A stretch of 64,000 bases of DNA, from assembly GCF_964355755.1 (NCBI RefSeq), contig NC_092671.1:11532001-11596000 (forward strand), read 5' to 3'. How positions within the stretch are numbered: position 1 is the first letter of the stretch; every line of letters starts with the position of its first letter. The position numbers and the translations under genes are program-made. Positions 51,701 to 63,735 of this stretch are shown here, in pieces. The DNA comes from Antedon mediterranea (Eukaryota > Animalia > Echinodermata). The notes under the pieces were generated by a model. That model did not search any database and was not told where the DNA came from. It saw only the letters and a list, made by a program, of their open reading frames with translations.

Positions 51701-54700
51701 GAGTGAACATATAAATGGTGGTGAAACTTTAACCAGGGAGTTGTTATAACAACTCCCTGCTTTAACCATGTTTTTTTTTAAGGCCATAACTAATTCAGTG
51801 AAACTGCTGTTCATTATTGATTGTTGAGGGATATGATGTTGCAAGCTTTGTTTATTTACCACGTTGTTCCTTTTCACACAGATTGTATCCAGCTGCCTGT
51901 ATATGTCTCATGTTTGCTTCATTGCCAAATTGTTTGAAATATTAAAAGCACTGTACTTACAAACAAGCACATGTGATACATAATAGTAGACCTACTATTA
52001 TATCTGCAGATAATATGAAAAATTACATTCCATTTTTTTGTACACTATTGTTCTATTCTGTTCCATGAATTATGTCTTAATTACAACGTATTCAATAACC
52101 TCTTGCACAGGCCCATATAACATTGAGAGTTTTGTACTATAGAGTATCACGGTCGGTGCTGACGTCACGACGGTAGGTGGCGCTGCGTGGTTGCTAGCGC
52201 AACCAAAAATGCGTTCAGCCTGCCTGAGTGACTCCAAGATCACCAATGGTTTGGAATAGGCTTATTGAAGTAGTCATTTTAAAACTTGATAATTTTCAAT
52301 AAAAACAAACTAAAATTACAAAAGATCACTAAATATTTGTTTTTAATAATCTAGTTATTCTTCAACTACAGTTTAAGTTAAAAAAATCAAGCTAAGATAC
52401 ATAATTTAATAGAAATACGATCTTTACTGTTTATCAACATAGTAGCGCTGAACGCATTTTTGGGTTGTCTAGCAATCATGCAGCGCCCTCTATCGTTGTG
52501 ATGTCACACCGTGATACTCTATAGCTATTTTGTATTAGCAACCTTCGCTATGTTAAAGTATGACCAATAACACAAACGGATGCAGACATCCAGTAAAAAC
52601 ACAATCAGACCAAGGGTCAGAGTTTTATCATGAGTTTAAAGCTCTGTTTACATTATCAAACTTTATGTGACAAAACAATGTAATGTGCATATATATGGAC
52701 ATGATAATGTCATATCACTACCATATTTGGGCATATCACACTTTCTTTGTCAAACTTTGATAGTTTAGACAGCTAAGCACATGTACTGTATATATTGTGA
52801 ATAATTGTTCTATTAAAAATTTTCTTTTCTTTCAGAGGTGCTATTCATAGTTCAGAAATGTTGCACATTTATAGTAAATTTGATAAGAGAGTGCAACCTC
52901 TCGTGTTCCTCATACGTCACTGGGGGCGCTATCATGGTCTAACGAATAAGAGTCCAGGGATGTGGATTACCAATTACCCTTTAACCCTGCTTGTTGTTGC
53001 TTTTCTGCAGACAAGACCAGTTCCAATCCTACCAAAGTTTTTGGATTTAATTAGCACAGGTAATGGAAAAAATTTAATGATTTAATTCATTTATATTTAA
53101 TTATTGTTTAACATGTTTTATGTAAGAGTTATGTTATCCTGCAACTATAAGGTATAAGGTATAACTATAAGGTAACTAATGTATACTCAACTGAAAGGTA
53201 AGTGCCAGTTCAATGGGACCACTCAACGTTTGAGTACCTTATTTAAACTGAAACAAATAGGTGCTATAGATTGCCTGAAAAAATGTGATCTCATATACGG
53301 ACAGGGTGATGTAATATCACTACCATATTTTGGAACATCACACTTTTTTGTCACATCAAGTTTGATAGTGTAGACAGAGCTTTATGCAAAAACATTTACA
53401 GTAAGTGAAAACAAATTTTAAATTGAAATATTATATCCAAATAGAAGAATGATTCTGATGAATGCTTTGAAATGAAATGAGAAATAAACTTATTATTACA
53501 ACACGATTTAAATCAATACTGTCATGTGATTATTAAATATTTCACAACTCAATTTGATGATCCCTGTTACAAAAATACTATAAAGTCATTAGCGGCTATT
53601 CATCATACATGCATATGATTTAAGCGAGCTTTCAACTGTGAAATGCAATCATTGCAATAGGCATGTGTTAAATTAATTAGCTGCTGTTGCTGTAAACATG
53701 ATCGTTGTTCACACCAGGATATGCTTATTCTGCAAATGAATGTAGATAAATAAAAATGAAAAGAAATAGATAGCTAGCAGCATGGTTTTGTTAAAGATAA
53801 ATCATAGAGGGTATAACCTTAATTGTCAGAGGCACCTTTAAACCTAAATTACTATTTGTGTGATTATAACATTCTTTTCATTCATTTATTCTTTATTTCG
53901 TAATAAGTGCACGTATATAAAATATATAACTTATAATAAAAATCTACACTTTCAATCAGAAAGTGTGCTACTCTAAACTATTTCAATACATAGTCATTAA
54001 TTTATGTTATAGTCACTTTTCGTCTGTTTTAATTTATGTACAGCGCATTGAGAGCTTGCTTATATGCGCTATATAAGAATTAACTATTATTATTATTACA
54101 CTACTACACAAAAATATAATAAAAAATAAATAAAAACTTAGCCATGGACCACAGGCTGCCAATATTAAAACTCTCGAGGTATGAAACCCCAGTTTATATA
54201 TATGTATATGTATGGCTGCTGTTTTGTATGTGTTTTTAAACCTAAATAAATAAATAAATAAATAAATTTATAATATACATTATACATTATGGTATAGTAT
54301 GTTCAATTAACTTATTAAACTTTTTTTAAAGCAACAATCATTTTAACTATCGGCAGTCTGATTTCTGTGTAACCATTAAATAGATTTTGTTTCCTCTATA
54401 CTTCTATGAATGCCTTCAGCAGTAATGCTTCTACAGTTGTTATCACTCTTTCCTGTTACAAATGAATAATTTTAAGAAAGCTACCAATTATTCAAACCCT
54501 CTTAAATCACAGTATTAATATTTAAACCAGTATATATTTACAGTATTGTGAGTAATACTCTTCTGGGTTCATTTACTTTTTAAAAGCTTCTCCATTTCTA
54601 GTTAATAATTAGTAATTGTAATCATAATATATTCTGTACCACGTATAAAATTAGAAATTTCTTTGAAGGCCTTAATCGTATTTTGAAAATAATGCAATAC

Positions 54701-57700
54701 TCTTCAAACCGTACTTAATTTGAAATTACGAAGCTGGTGGTGGAGGGAGCATGTGCGCGCAATAGAACAACCACAGACTGCTTGAGAAGGCACAAGAATA
54801 GCCATCTTGTTTATATCTAGGCAAGAGGATAGTCAGATTAAAGTTGAATGAATGACGCATGATGGTGTTAATTAATTCATAGAAATTGCATACAAGATGG
54901 AATCGGTTTGATATATGGACTTTGAAAAGCCGTTATGGCCTCACCTGATAATATACACACTTTAATGATGTGATTGAAATTCACATTTTAAATGTTGCAA
55001 TGAATAATGTATAGAAAGTAAGATTAAAAGACTGCCTTCCATTTTATCATTGAGGCCTAGGAGGAATTATCCATTCACTTATCTACAAACCTACACTAGT
55101 TAATTCATTAAAACTTTTTTATATATATATATTGCCTAATGTGTTTATATATACAGTATATATATAAATCCAAAGGCAAATTACTGAAAAAATGACAATG
55201 CTGTGGGTATCAGTGGCTGGATCTCAATGGAGATACAAAATAAAAGCGAAAAGCTAAATCAAAACCAGAAGTAAAACAGCCAGAAAAGTTAGCAGAGCTT
55301 TTTCAGGCAACACTAGCCCTTCATCAGTGCAAGTGTATCAGTGCAAGTGTATCAGTGCAAGTGTATATATATATACTGTACATAACATAACAGTTGAAAT
55401 GTTATGAATTGTTTTTATCTGAGCATCTTAAAAATGCTTCTTTACTTGCATTGATTCTAGCATTCAAGAGTTTTCAATATTTTAATATAAACTTTTGCAT
55501 ATTTTCTTTTACGCCTACACACTTTTGACATTTAAATGTGATTTGATGAATGATTTGCTACTACAACATCATGGTCTATTATCTTCATATTTCATTCTGC
55601 AAAAAAAAGCCCTTTTTCTTTAATTACTGCAAATTACTGCGTAAATAATGAAATTAATATTCTTTAAATCTTTAAATCATTTAAAAAGCTTTAGAACAGA
55701 TAATCTTAACTGTAAATTAAGTGACATCTATCCCAATATTTCTTTCAATGAAATTCCATTCTTTTTCATAAATAATATATAACAATAATAATTTACAGCT
55801 TTCTTGCTGTTATCAAGCTCTTTAATGTTGCTATACTTGTTTATTGCTTTTTGTTTATTACTGTTAATGTATTAAATCTAGTCATAAATGTTTCGGTAAG
55901 ATTGAAGATGAATTTGTTTTATTGATGCCAATTTTAAAGCACTTCAAATCTACAGAAAACCGAATGATTTTATTCTATGTTTTTCACTTATTAAAAGAAC
56001 CATTCAATATTCTTGTTTTTTTCAGATTCATCCTTTGACGACATTGATTATTCATTTCCAAATGTAAAGGGTTTTCTGCAAGAAGCTAATGAAACAACTT
56101 TAGGTAAATTACTTTTTTTTTCTGATTATTCTGTAAATTTGACCTCTTTGAGACAGACACTAACAAGATATGACTTGATACAGTAAGTACTGACTTTATG
56201 CATGAAATTGTATCCGAAATTTGTGTTATACTAATTAACGATACATTTGAAGAGAAGTCAAAATAAGTGGGTCAAGTTTTATAAAATAGGTCAGCGTACT
56301 ATATTTCAGTAATATAAACAACTTTATGTTTGAATGCATCAATACATCTTCTTGAAATTTAAAATCAGAACTTGCTCATAACAAGTTAGTTTCACTTCAA
56401 TGTCAGCTTCCAACAATTTTTTTTTTCATAATAGTGAGTATATTACCATCAAGGAGTAATTATGCATACAGGCTTTCAACTCTTCCAAAATCGCTCTTTA
56501 TGGCCATTCCAGTTAAATAAATTTAAATATTTTAAAGTACATGTGTGTTTCTAATAATGCCCACAAGTCTTCTTGTTATTGGTGTTGGTCGGCAACCAGA
56601 TCTTGCGCATTGTAATTTTCTCTCTTAACATTGTGAGAATACCATAGTGTGTGATGTGTGATTTCTTATGTCAATTCTATCACCATGCTCTACTTGGCAA
56701 TTGTTGCAAAATTTTGATTTATTTGTCTATAATTAAACACAGTTTAGCACGTGTATGTGTTAAATACCCCATTTTCACTGACATCTTAAATCATTTAATT
56801 TAGTGAATTCGTATCAATGCGACACTTACGTTTCTATAAATGTACATAAAGACAAATGTTTTTCCTTTCAGGATAATTAACATTAAACAATTTTTCCTAC
56901 AAAAACCCCAAGCAAAGGACAACATTTTCAATGTTGATAACAGTCAGGCATGGATTTAAGCCTCGGTTAATTGGCATAACTCTGAAAAAACGGCCTAAAT
57001 ATTTCCATCATGTGAAAGTTAATTCTAGGTGTGTTTAGTGTCCTTTTTTTTAAATTTTGTTTTTTGGTTATTTTCCAATTAGTTTGTTTTCAGTCAGAAA
57101 TCATTCATTTCCTTTATGAATATTAATGCTTCTGTTTTTTTTTCGTGATTATTACCATAAACTGAATTATTTTTTAGTTAAAAAACAGGTTTTACACAAA
57201 CAATTGGGAGCGGTATTTATAAATGCAGAATTCTCTGTATAATTTTTCCAAATTAAAAAAAAAAATGAAATTTATTTGCACATCAGCCTTGATATATTTG
57301 TATTATGTAATCTTAATAATTTAATAACAGTTGTAATAATTGGACTTGACTTGGTTTGGAAATATGTATCTGGAAGCTGGTTAAAAGCGAGCTTATGAAA
57401 AGTGATGTTTTCCAATGCTAATCATAGGAAATTGATACTCATACATAGATCAATGTATACATGAAGTTATTTATTAATGTTGTCACGTATGCAGTTGGAA
57501 ATATATGTTTGTCTCCATTGAATATCAAGTTCTATCTCAGGATATTGGATTCATGATTTGATTCATGTATCCATATGCAGTGGTTTAATGTATGGGAAAA
57601 AATCCTCTGGTTTAGCACTAAGGGATCCTCCAACACTGGGTAGTTGCATTAGGCTGCTCATTCTGTGGGGCCCCTTAAGCTTTGGGCCCCTTAAGGTCTC

Positions 57701-60232
57701 GACCCCTTAAGGTCTCGACCCCTTAAGCTCAGACCCCTTAAGCTCTCGGACTCCTTATAAGTTCTGGAATCCCTTAAGCTCTGGGGTATAGTCAGTGAGC
57801 GCTCATGGCCGTTACACCACTGTCCATACGTCCAGTAGTTAATTGATGTTTGAGATTGTAATACAGATTACTGTCATCAACAAAATTAGCATCATTATTC
57901 TTATCAACATAAGCGTCATCATCAATACCAGGAAGATATTTTTTTTCCTTGGTTATTTGCTGTGAAAAACCAGTTTTATGTGTATTCCTTATTTAAAAAA
58001 ACATGAGGATGATCAGAAAGAAGAACATTAAAAACAATAACTAATGAAAAAAACAAACAAAACAAATCTTGATACATTATAGTTTATATATCCTTTAAAT
58101 TGGAAGGTTTCTAGCTGTTTGCTGCATAATATGAGAAGTTATAAAATATAAAGAAAAGCAAAAACAGTTATTTGTTTTCAAAAAGAAATGAGTGAAATGA
58201 AATGTACTGTGACTATATAACCAGAGGCCTAATAAAGATTATGATTAATTATAATGAAGAATGAAAAAAAAAAAGTGAATCTCATCAAAGATAAACAAAA
58301 AATCCAAAAGATGTATTGTAATCAACATGTCGTCAATATTCATCAAATTTCTTCATTTATCATACACAATGCTGAGTTGCTATGTTTAATACATATACAG
58401 ACAGTTAGTGAAATAGTAATGAGAAACTAAATCCCCTTTTTCAATAAGTATTAATTAGATCACACTGTGTTATCTCGAACTAATTTAAATTCTGAAATAT
58501 AGCAGTGACCCTTAACATATTTACAGTGTTTGGAACGCAGACATGAGCAGTGCTAAAATAAGACCCTGGACTAGACACCTTTAAATTTAGAACATTTATT
58601 CATCTGTGAATGTTTCGCGCAACACATGATTTAAGTCAATATATATTCATACTCCACTAGAGAAAGTTTGTCAAGAGAGATATATATAACCACTGAAGGA
58701 CAGCTTATCAATATTAATATTTAATCTGACACAGACAAGCTAAGCTTTTGTTGACGAGTTTGTCAGAAAATATGCATGATATATGTACACATTAATATAT
58801 CTAAACTAAATTGTGTTGTCATATTAATATGAAGTATAATGATTTATTCATGCAGAATGAAGAGTAATTTCCTTAAGTAACACAAGGGCTAAATATGGGT
58901 TTTTCTGGTTTTTTTTAGGACACGTACAGTAGTATAGCAAAATATTATTGACATTTTCTGGATTAGAGCTGTTACCTATCAGTAATTATAAAGTCATGTT
59001 GTGATTTTCAGGTTCTGAGCCAGGTTTTAAACTCCTGGTTACACTCTCACTTTTTGATGGTTTTGAGTTGACTTAGCCCAAGCAGAATCACCGCGAACCC
59101 AAGTCATAATATCGCCTCATGTTCTAGGCACTCATTGGTAATAGTTTTCTTAGAAAGAACCCAGTGTATCTTTCAGAGAGTATACATGTAGTGTTCAGTG
59201 GGGTAACACAGAGGCCCAAGGCTCCTGGTTTAGGACCCTTCTTCTTCTTCTTCGTATTAGGAGCCAACTTCATATGTGAAGACTCTGCTCCTCCAACTCT
59301 GTTTTGCTAGCTCTACTGTATTTGGTTGTGTATTATTGTTCTATTTAGTTATTCTTTTACAGAGAGAAACTGACTGCCTTATTTATTTATAATTATTATT
59401 ATTAATTATCATTATTATTATTATTATTTTTTTTTTATTTTTATTTTTTTTTTTCTTTCCTCTCTTTTTTTTCCCCTTACTTCTCCTTTCACTTTTCTTT
59501 CTCCCTAAGTGTCCCTCCAAAGCTGGAGGCATCCTTCGACATATTTGAATGCTTGTTTTTTCCTCTGGGCACTGCTCAGGGGCCCCTTAAGCTCCAGAGC
59601 CCCTGGGTTTAGCCAGTGAGCACTCATAGCCATTATGCCACTGGTAGTGTTACTCGTCCATTTCAGCCACCAACGTTGCTTCACAGGCTAAGCCTCTACA
59701 AGTTCTTCAGAAACCACAAGAGACAAGACAACCAAATGAGAGAAAAAGGATTAACCTGTTTGAAATTAACAATAATCTTAAGTTTCTCCTAGATAGCTTT
59801 AAGTCTAACTCTTTTCTCTAGTGTTTCCATTATTTTTTCTTAAACCTATGTCAATCTTTTCTTTCAGCTGACTTACTTCATGAGTTTTTTGTTTTCTGTA
59901 TGAAGTTTGAGTTCCACAATCGAGGACTATCTGTTCGCCATGGTTCAGACTTTATCAATAACACAAACTTTCCACTGTTTATTGAAAATCCACTAGTCGA
60001 TAATTTGAACTGTTGTAAAAATGTTACAAAAACCCTTGTCGCAAAATTAAAGTCATCCGCTGCAGAAGCATTATGGGTAATGGACAAAGCTGCTTTCTTG
60101 AATACTACACCATGGGGAATTGCTCTACTTTTTTTAACACCAAAAAAAATTGATAAAATTATGAAGGAGCAGGCCAGTGGTCCATATCACGAACAAGTAG
60201 AACGTGTTCTTGATTTGTTTCCCAAATCATGA
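42785..60232 (+). CDS. MTPAP: Mitochondrial poly(A) RNA polymerase (PAPD1), 8 exons, about 548 aa
   Basis: Exons 42785-42920, 43532-43707, 45165-45395, 47476-47703, 50437-50645, 52836-53059, 56026-56103, 59868-60232; total 1647 nt in frame. Presequence-like N-terminus, RRM-like region (RRSEASRSVL...GYYAIIEF), nucleotidyltransferase core PFGSSVNNFGKRNCDVDMYL plus CDLTANN, PGMWITNY, and IENP...N..KNV...PWGIALL. Confidence 0.88.
44458..44791. mobile_element. Kolobok-like MITE
   Basis: TTAA-AGATGTATTGTCCCC ... GGGGACAATACATCT-TTAA. A TTAA TSD with AG (not CC) termini favours Kolobok over piggyBac. Confidence 0.8.
47100..47400 (-). mobile_element. Decayed 3' end of an RTE-clade LINE
   Basis: The minus strand reads, with frameshifts, IGH..LRKQHTT..YALIWNHKGK..GWPRNP, similar to the RTE C-terminal WIGHxLRK..ALxWxPxGKRxRGRP, and ends in GTAAGTAA. 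Confidence 0.55.
47881..48075. mobile_element. Kolobok-like MITE
   Basis: TTAA-AGATATATTATCCCC ... GGGGACAATACATCT-TTAA. Confidence 0.75.
49220..49319. mobile_element. Family-B MITE, internally deleted
   Basis: TTA-AGCTCTGTCTACACTATCA ... GTAGACAGAACT-TTA. Further copies at 52640-52775 and about 53280-53381. Confidence 0.75.
52142..52519. mobile_element. Sola2-like MITE (GAG termini, TATA TSD, imperfect TIRs of about 80 bp)
   Basis: TATA-GAGTATCACGGT...AAAAATGCGTTCAGC / GCTGAACGCATTTTT...ACCGTGATACTC-TATA. Confidence 0.75.
55185..55365 (-). mobile_element. Penelope-like pseudo-LTR fragment with a degenerate minimal hammerhead ribozyme motif (55292-55330)
   Basis: Minus strand GCA-CTGATGA-AGGGC-TAGTGTT-GCCT-GAAAAA-GCTC-TGC, followed by T-rich sequence and GATCCAGCCACTGATACCCACAGCATT. 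Confidence 0.5.
57578..57822. mobile_element. hAT-like MITE with an internal 16-19-bp tandem array
   Basis: CAGTGG...CCACTG termini with 8-bp flanks TCCATATG/TCCATACG and about 7 units containing CCCTTAAG. A partial sibling at about 59565-59643 has a single unit. Confidence 0.75.
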
Positions 60233-62059
60233 CCATTGTCAAGTGGTAATCTACAGGCTGATTTGTAGTGATTATGGAACTGATTTAATCACAGACGCTT
60301 AAGAAATAATGGAGGCTGTAATTGTTGAGCGGAAAAATAATACTCATGTTATTCTCGTAGCAAATATACTTCAGTGAAAAATGATAGTGAAACAATTTGG
60401 TGCTGAAAAACAATTTACACTTTTGAAATTGTTATCATAGTAACATGCCTGACATAACATATTTTGAGTTGAAATAATATCGAGTGTTGACAGGAACAAT
60501 TTACAAATGTTAGTGCATTTGCTTGGAAAATAAGTGCTAACTGTCCAGTGTTGATAGAACCAATTTGATCATTTAAATTGTTATTGTAACACACAATATA
60601 TACCAAGTTATTTATCTTAGATGATAACATTTTTTTTTCAATTTATTATATTACACATATATATAGTACTTTGATAAAATATGATCATATGATATTATGC
60701 TAATTAGTACATACATATTCAACGCTGCATATGTAAACCAACAAGTCTGCTTGCAAGGCAACGCATAATGCGATTATATAAATGTCATGTGATCTGTTTC
60801 ACAAAGGCTTACAACTGACGCTATAGAATAGACAATTGATCCAGCTGCTAATTGGATATCTAGATCAAAATATCTGGCACACATTTTGTTATTGAGATTT
60901 GAGGCTTTATTACCATCTCATCAGCCAGGAGTGTTAATAGGTAACATGTATAATGAAAGGTTTCATGAGATCCAGTATGTTGAGTTTTTTTATGTTCACA
61001 CAAAAAAGATAATGATTTGGTTTATCATCATAGACATTGTGTTTTATTGAAAAAGTACACTGTATTACATACAGTGTATATACAGTGTAGTTCTAAGATA
61101 AGTTTTAAAACCGTCAAATAAATGTTATTAATTAAATGCAAAAAAGGCAAATCAAAGAGTGTTAAATATGAAATAATTTAATAAAATGATCAAATCATTG
61201 TTTTCTTATTGTATTCTGTTGCATATCATAATTAATTAATGTCTGTTTTTTAATACAGTAGTTTTAAACAAACTGATTATATAGCACCTACAGTACTATG
61301 TTCCTATTTTTTAAAAGTAATTCTGGACATCTCCGACATCTTGCCTGAGCATTATATTATGTTATGGTTTATTTTGGGTTGATAATAATTATCAAATGTG
61401 GTAGTCAACAATATGTTTCTTCCCACTCACTGTATAAATTAAATTGGATCTGAGAAAACTGAATATATTTTAGGATATAATTCAAATTGAGCCCAATCAT
61501 AAAATAACCAGCTGCTACAAATTAAAATAAACAGAATTCGAATTAATTAATGATGTATGGATTCATCCGGGGATTCATCATGCTCACATGTTGGTGTAAT
61601 GTTGCATAGAGCAAATTTTAATACCAATAAAAATTGTAATAGTTTTAATACTTGTAAAAAATACCCGTAAATATACTGTAAGGCTGTATTTAGGAAGAAT
61701 GTCAATATTATTTTTACTGCAGTTAATACAGTAACAATAATGTTGAAATCATATATCATATCATATATCAACACTGTTGCAGTGACTTCCTCATAAACTT
61801 CTACATTGAAACAATACAATAAATCATATATTTATTAAGTAAAAAATGTAGTAATACTGGTACTGCAGTAAAATAAAACATTGTTCGCCTATGATGCGAC
61901 TATGATTTATGAATAAATAATATTATAAACTAATTTTGATTTCTAGTTTTTTTTTCAAATAGTTTTAAATATATCTGCTCCAAGTCACTCCAGAAATCTG
62001 ATAGATTTTATTGATTCAGTGTGTTGTTGTTTGTTTTGGTGGCTCTCAAATATACTTAT

Positions 62060-62834
62060 GGGCCTGTTTCTGCTGCAACTGCTCAAAATACGGTATAAAA
62101 ATACGGTATAAAATACGGTATTTTTTATACCGTGTTTTTTAGTACCCCGTTTCTGCTAACAATACTTCTTGGGTGGTCGTGTTAAATTTTATCTTTTTTA
62201 CCCAAATTGCCATTCATTTATTTGATCGATAATTAAAAGTCGCAATAAAGGAAGTTTTACGTCTCACTTTCAACAGCCTAGCCCTAGTGATAGAGATGTT
62301 GTTGTGAGAGCACAGAAAACATCGTAATGGGGACAATTAATTCGTTCCCTCTCCGAGTTATCGTATTTTGCAATGTTGTACTGCTTTCACAGGCTATTCC
62401 ATACTCCTGCTTTATTTTTTTAGAAATGTCTTTATAAATGTGGTTGTCGCTTTTATTACCTTTTAGTTGGCCAGACATTTTAGCTTCCCCACACACATTT
62501 ATTTAGTAAAACTGTGACGTCTTCGCTCCACATTTTCACCGAATATATCTATGTGTGTAAAACAGCTGACAGCGACAGAAAATAAAACACGAATGTTGAC
62601 CTCATGTCACAGGTAAAAAAAAAACGGTATTTTTTATTGGCAGCAGAAACGGGTACAAAAAATACGGTATAAATACCATATTTTATCCACAATTTTTGTG
62701 AGGAAAATACGGTATACAAAATACGGTATATTTTTTATGAGCGCAGTTTCTGCTGCCAAAAATATACCGTATATATACGGTATTCAAAAATACCGTAAAA
62801 TATACGGTATTTAGTTGGCAGCAGAAACAGGGCC
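62060..62834. mobile_element. Harbinger-like non-autonomous element with AAATACGGTA subterminal repeats
   Basis: Termini GGGCCTGTTTCTGCTGC / GCAGCAGAAACAGGGCC with TAT on both flanks, and many TACGGTA/TACCGTA repeats near both ends. Confidence 0.75.
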
Positions 62835-63579
62835 TATGATGCTTTGATAGTATATTTTGAATTTCATTGAATGGCATGTTCTGTTTATTTTAAACAATAC
62901 TATAATAGTATAATAATATACTGGTTAAATTGAATAAGGACTACTGTACTTTATTAGTACTGTATATTTTATGAATTTTTAAACTTAAAAAAAAAAAAAG
63001 ATGCTGCCGGGCCTAATGAACATGATGGATACATGGGTTTAAATGAATAGTAGGTTTGTAGGTGGGGGTAAGAAGAGGGGAAATACTATGTACTATTGAA
63101 TTGGGCTTAGCCAACTAACTCAATAACCATCCATTATAAAATGATTATAATTACCGTATTTCAGAAATGGCATAATTAGAGAAATTAACACTCATGTTTG
63201 ACCAAACTACTTTATTTCAATTCAAACAATCGCATACAATTTTCAAATTCTGTAGCTGAAAGCAAAAAAAAGTGTTACAATCATGGATGTATCATATGTA
63301 CATTATATTGTATATTTACCACAAAGTACTGGAGTTTCCATGATTTTAATACAAGCGGCTCATTATAAACATTTAACATAATCCTGAATCTTAATTGTGT
63401 ATGGTGTGTCCTATTATTTATCAATGTACCATAAACCCACGATCTAAATAGAGCCATAGAATGTGTACAACAGTAATGGTTATCATCAATTTGTTTGAAA
63501 ACCATTCGTTAGGTTAGTTAGACCCCCCTGCAATAAATGTCAATAATTTAAATGGTGTCCTGTTGTACAAAAGGTCACC

Positions 63580-63735
63580 TTCTTCTTGGCTTTGCTTCGC
63601 GAACGAAGATTTTATGAAGGGGTTTGTCCACGTCTGTCGCAGGCTCGTTTGTGGCTTACAAGTCCGATGCGAGAGAGGCATGTCCTTCCACAACGACTGC
63701 AGAGGAATGTCGGGTGCAACTCTTGTGGTTAAGGA
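63580..63735 (-). mobile_element. 5'-truncated RTE-clade LINE (C-terminal zinc finger and (AAG)n tail)
   Basis: The minus strand encodes PTFLCSRCGRTCLSRIGLVSHKRACDRRGQTPS*, the CxxCxRxxxSRIGLxSH motif of RTE ORF ends, then AAGAAGAAG. Flanks AAAGGTCACC / AAAGGTTAACC may be a TSD. Confidence 0.75.

Noticed and set aside
45540-59800. Nested antisense gene in the large MTPAP introns (candidate exons near 45557-45757, 54330-54455 and 55530-55600)
   Set aside because: No consistent chain of exons or recognisable protein; the most coding-like piece (47100-47400) is an RTE LINE relic.
4550-60232. Intronic snoRNAs, U12-type introns or GC-AG introns
   Set aside because: All assembled introns are GT-AG without the U12 donor consensus. 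The TGATGA hits examined (about 9045, 11825, 15064, 53457) lack a matching D box with a terminal stem. A covariance-model search could still find something.
61547-61819. 90-aa minus-strand ORF, possibly the last exon of a downstream gene
   Set aside because: It has a non-ATG start, AT-rich low-complexity composition and no recognisable motif, so it cannot be supported from this window.
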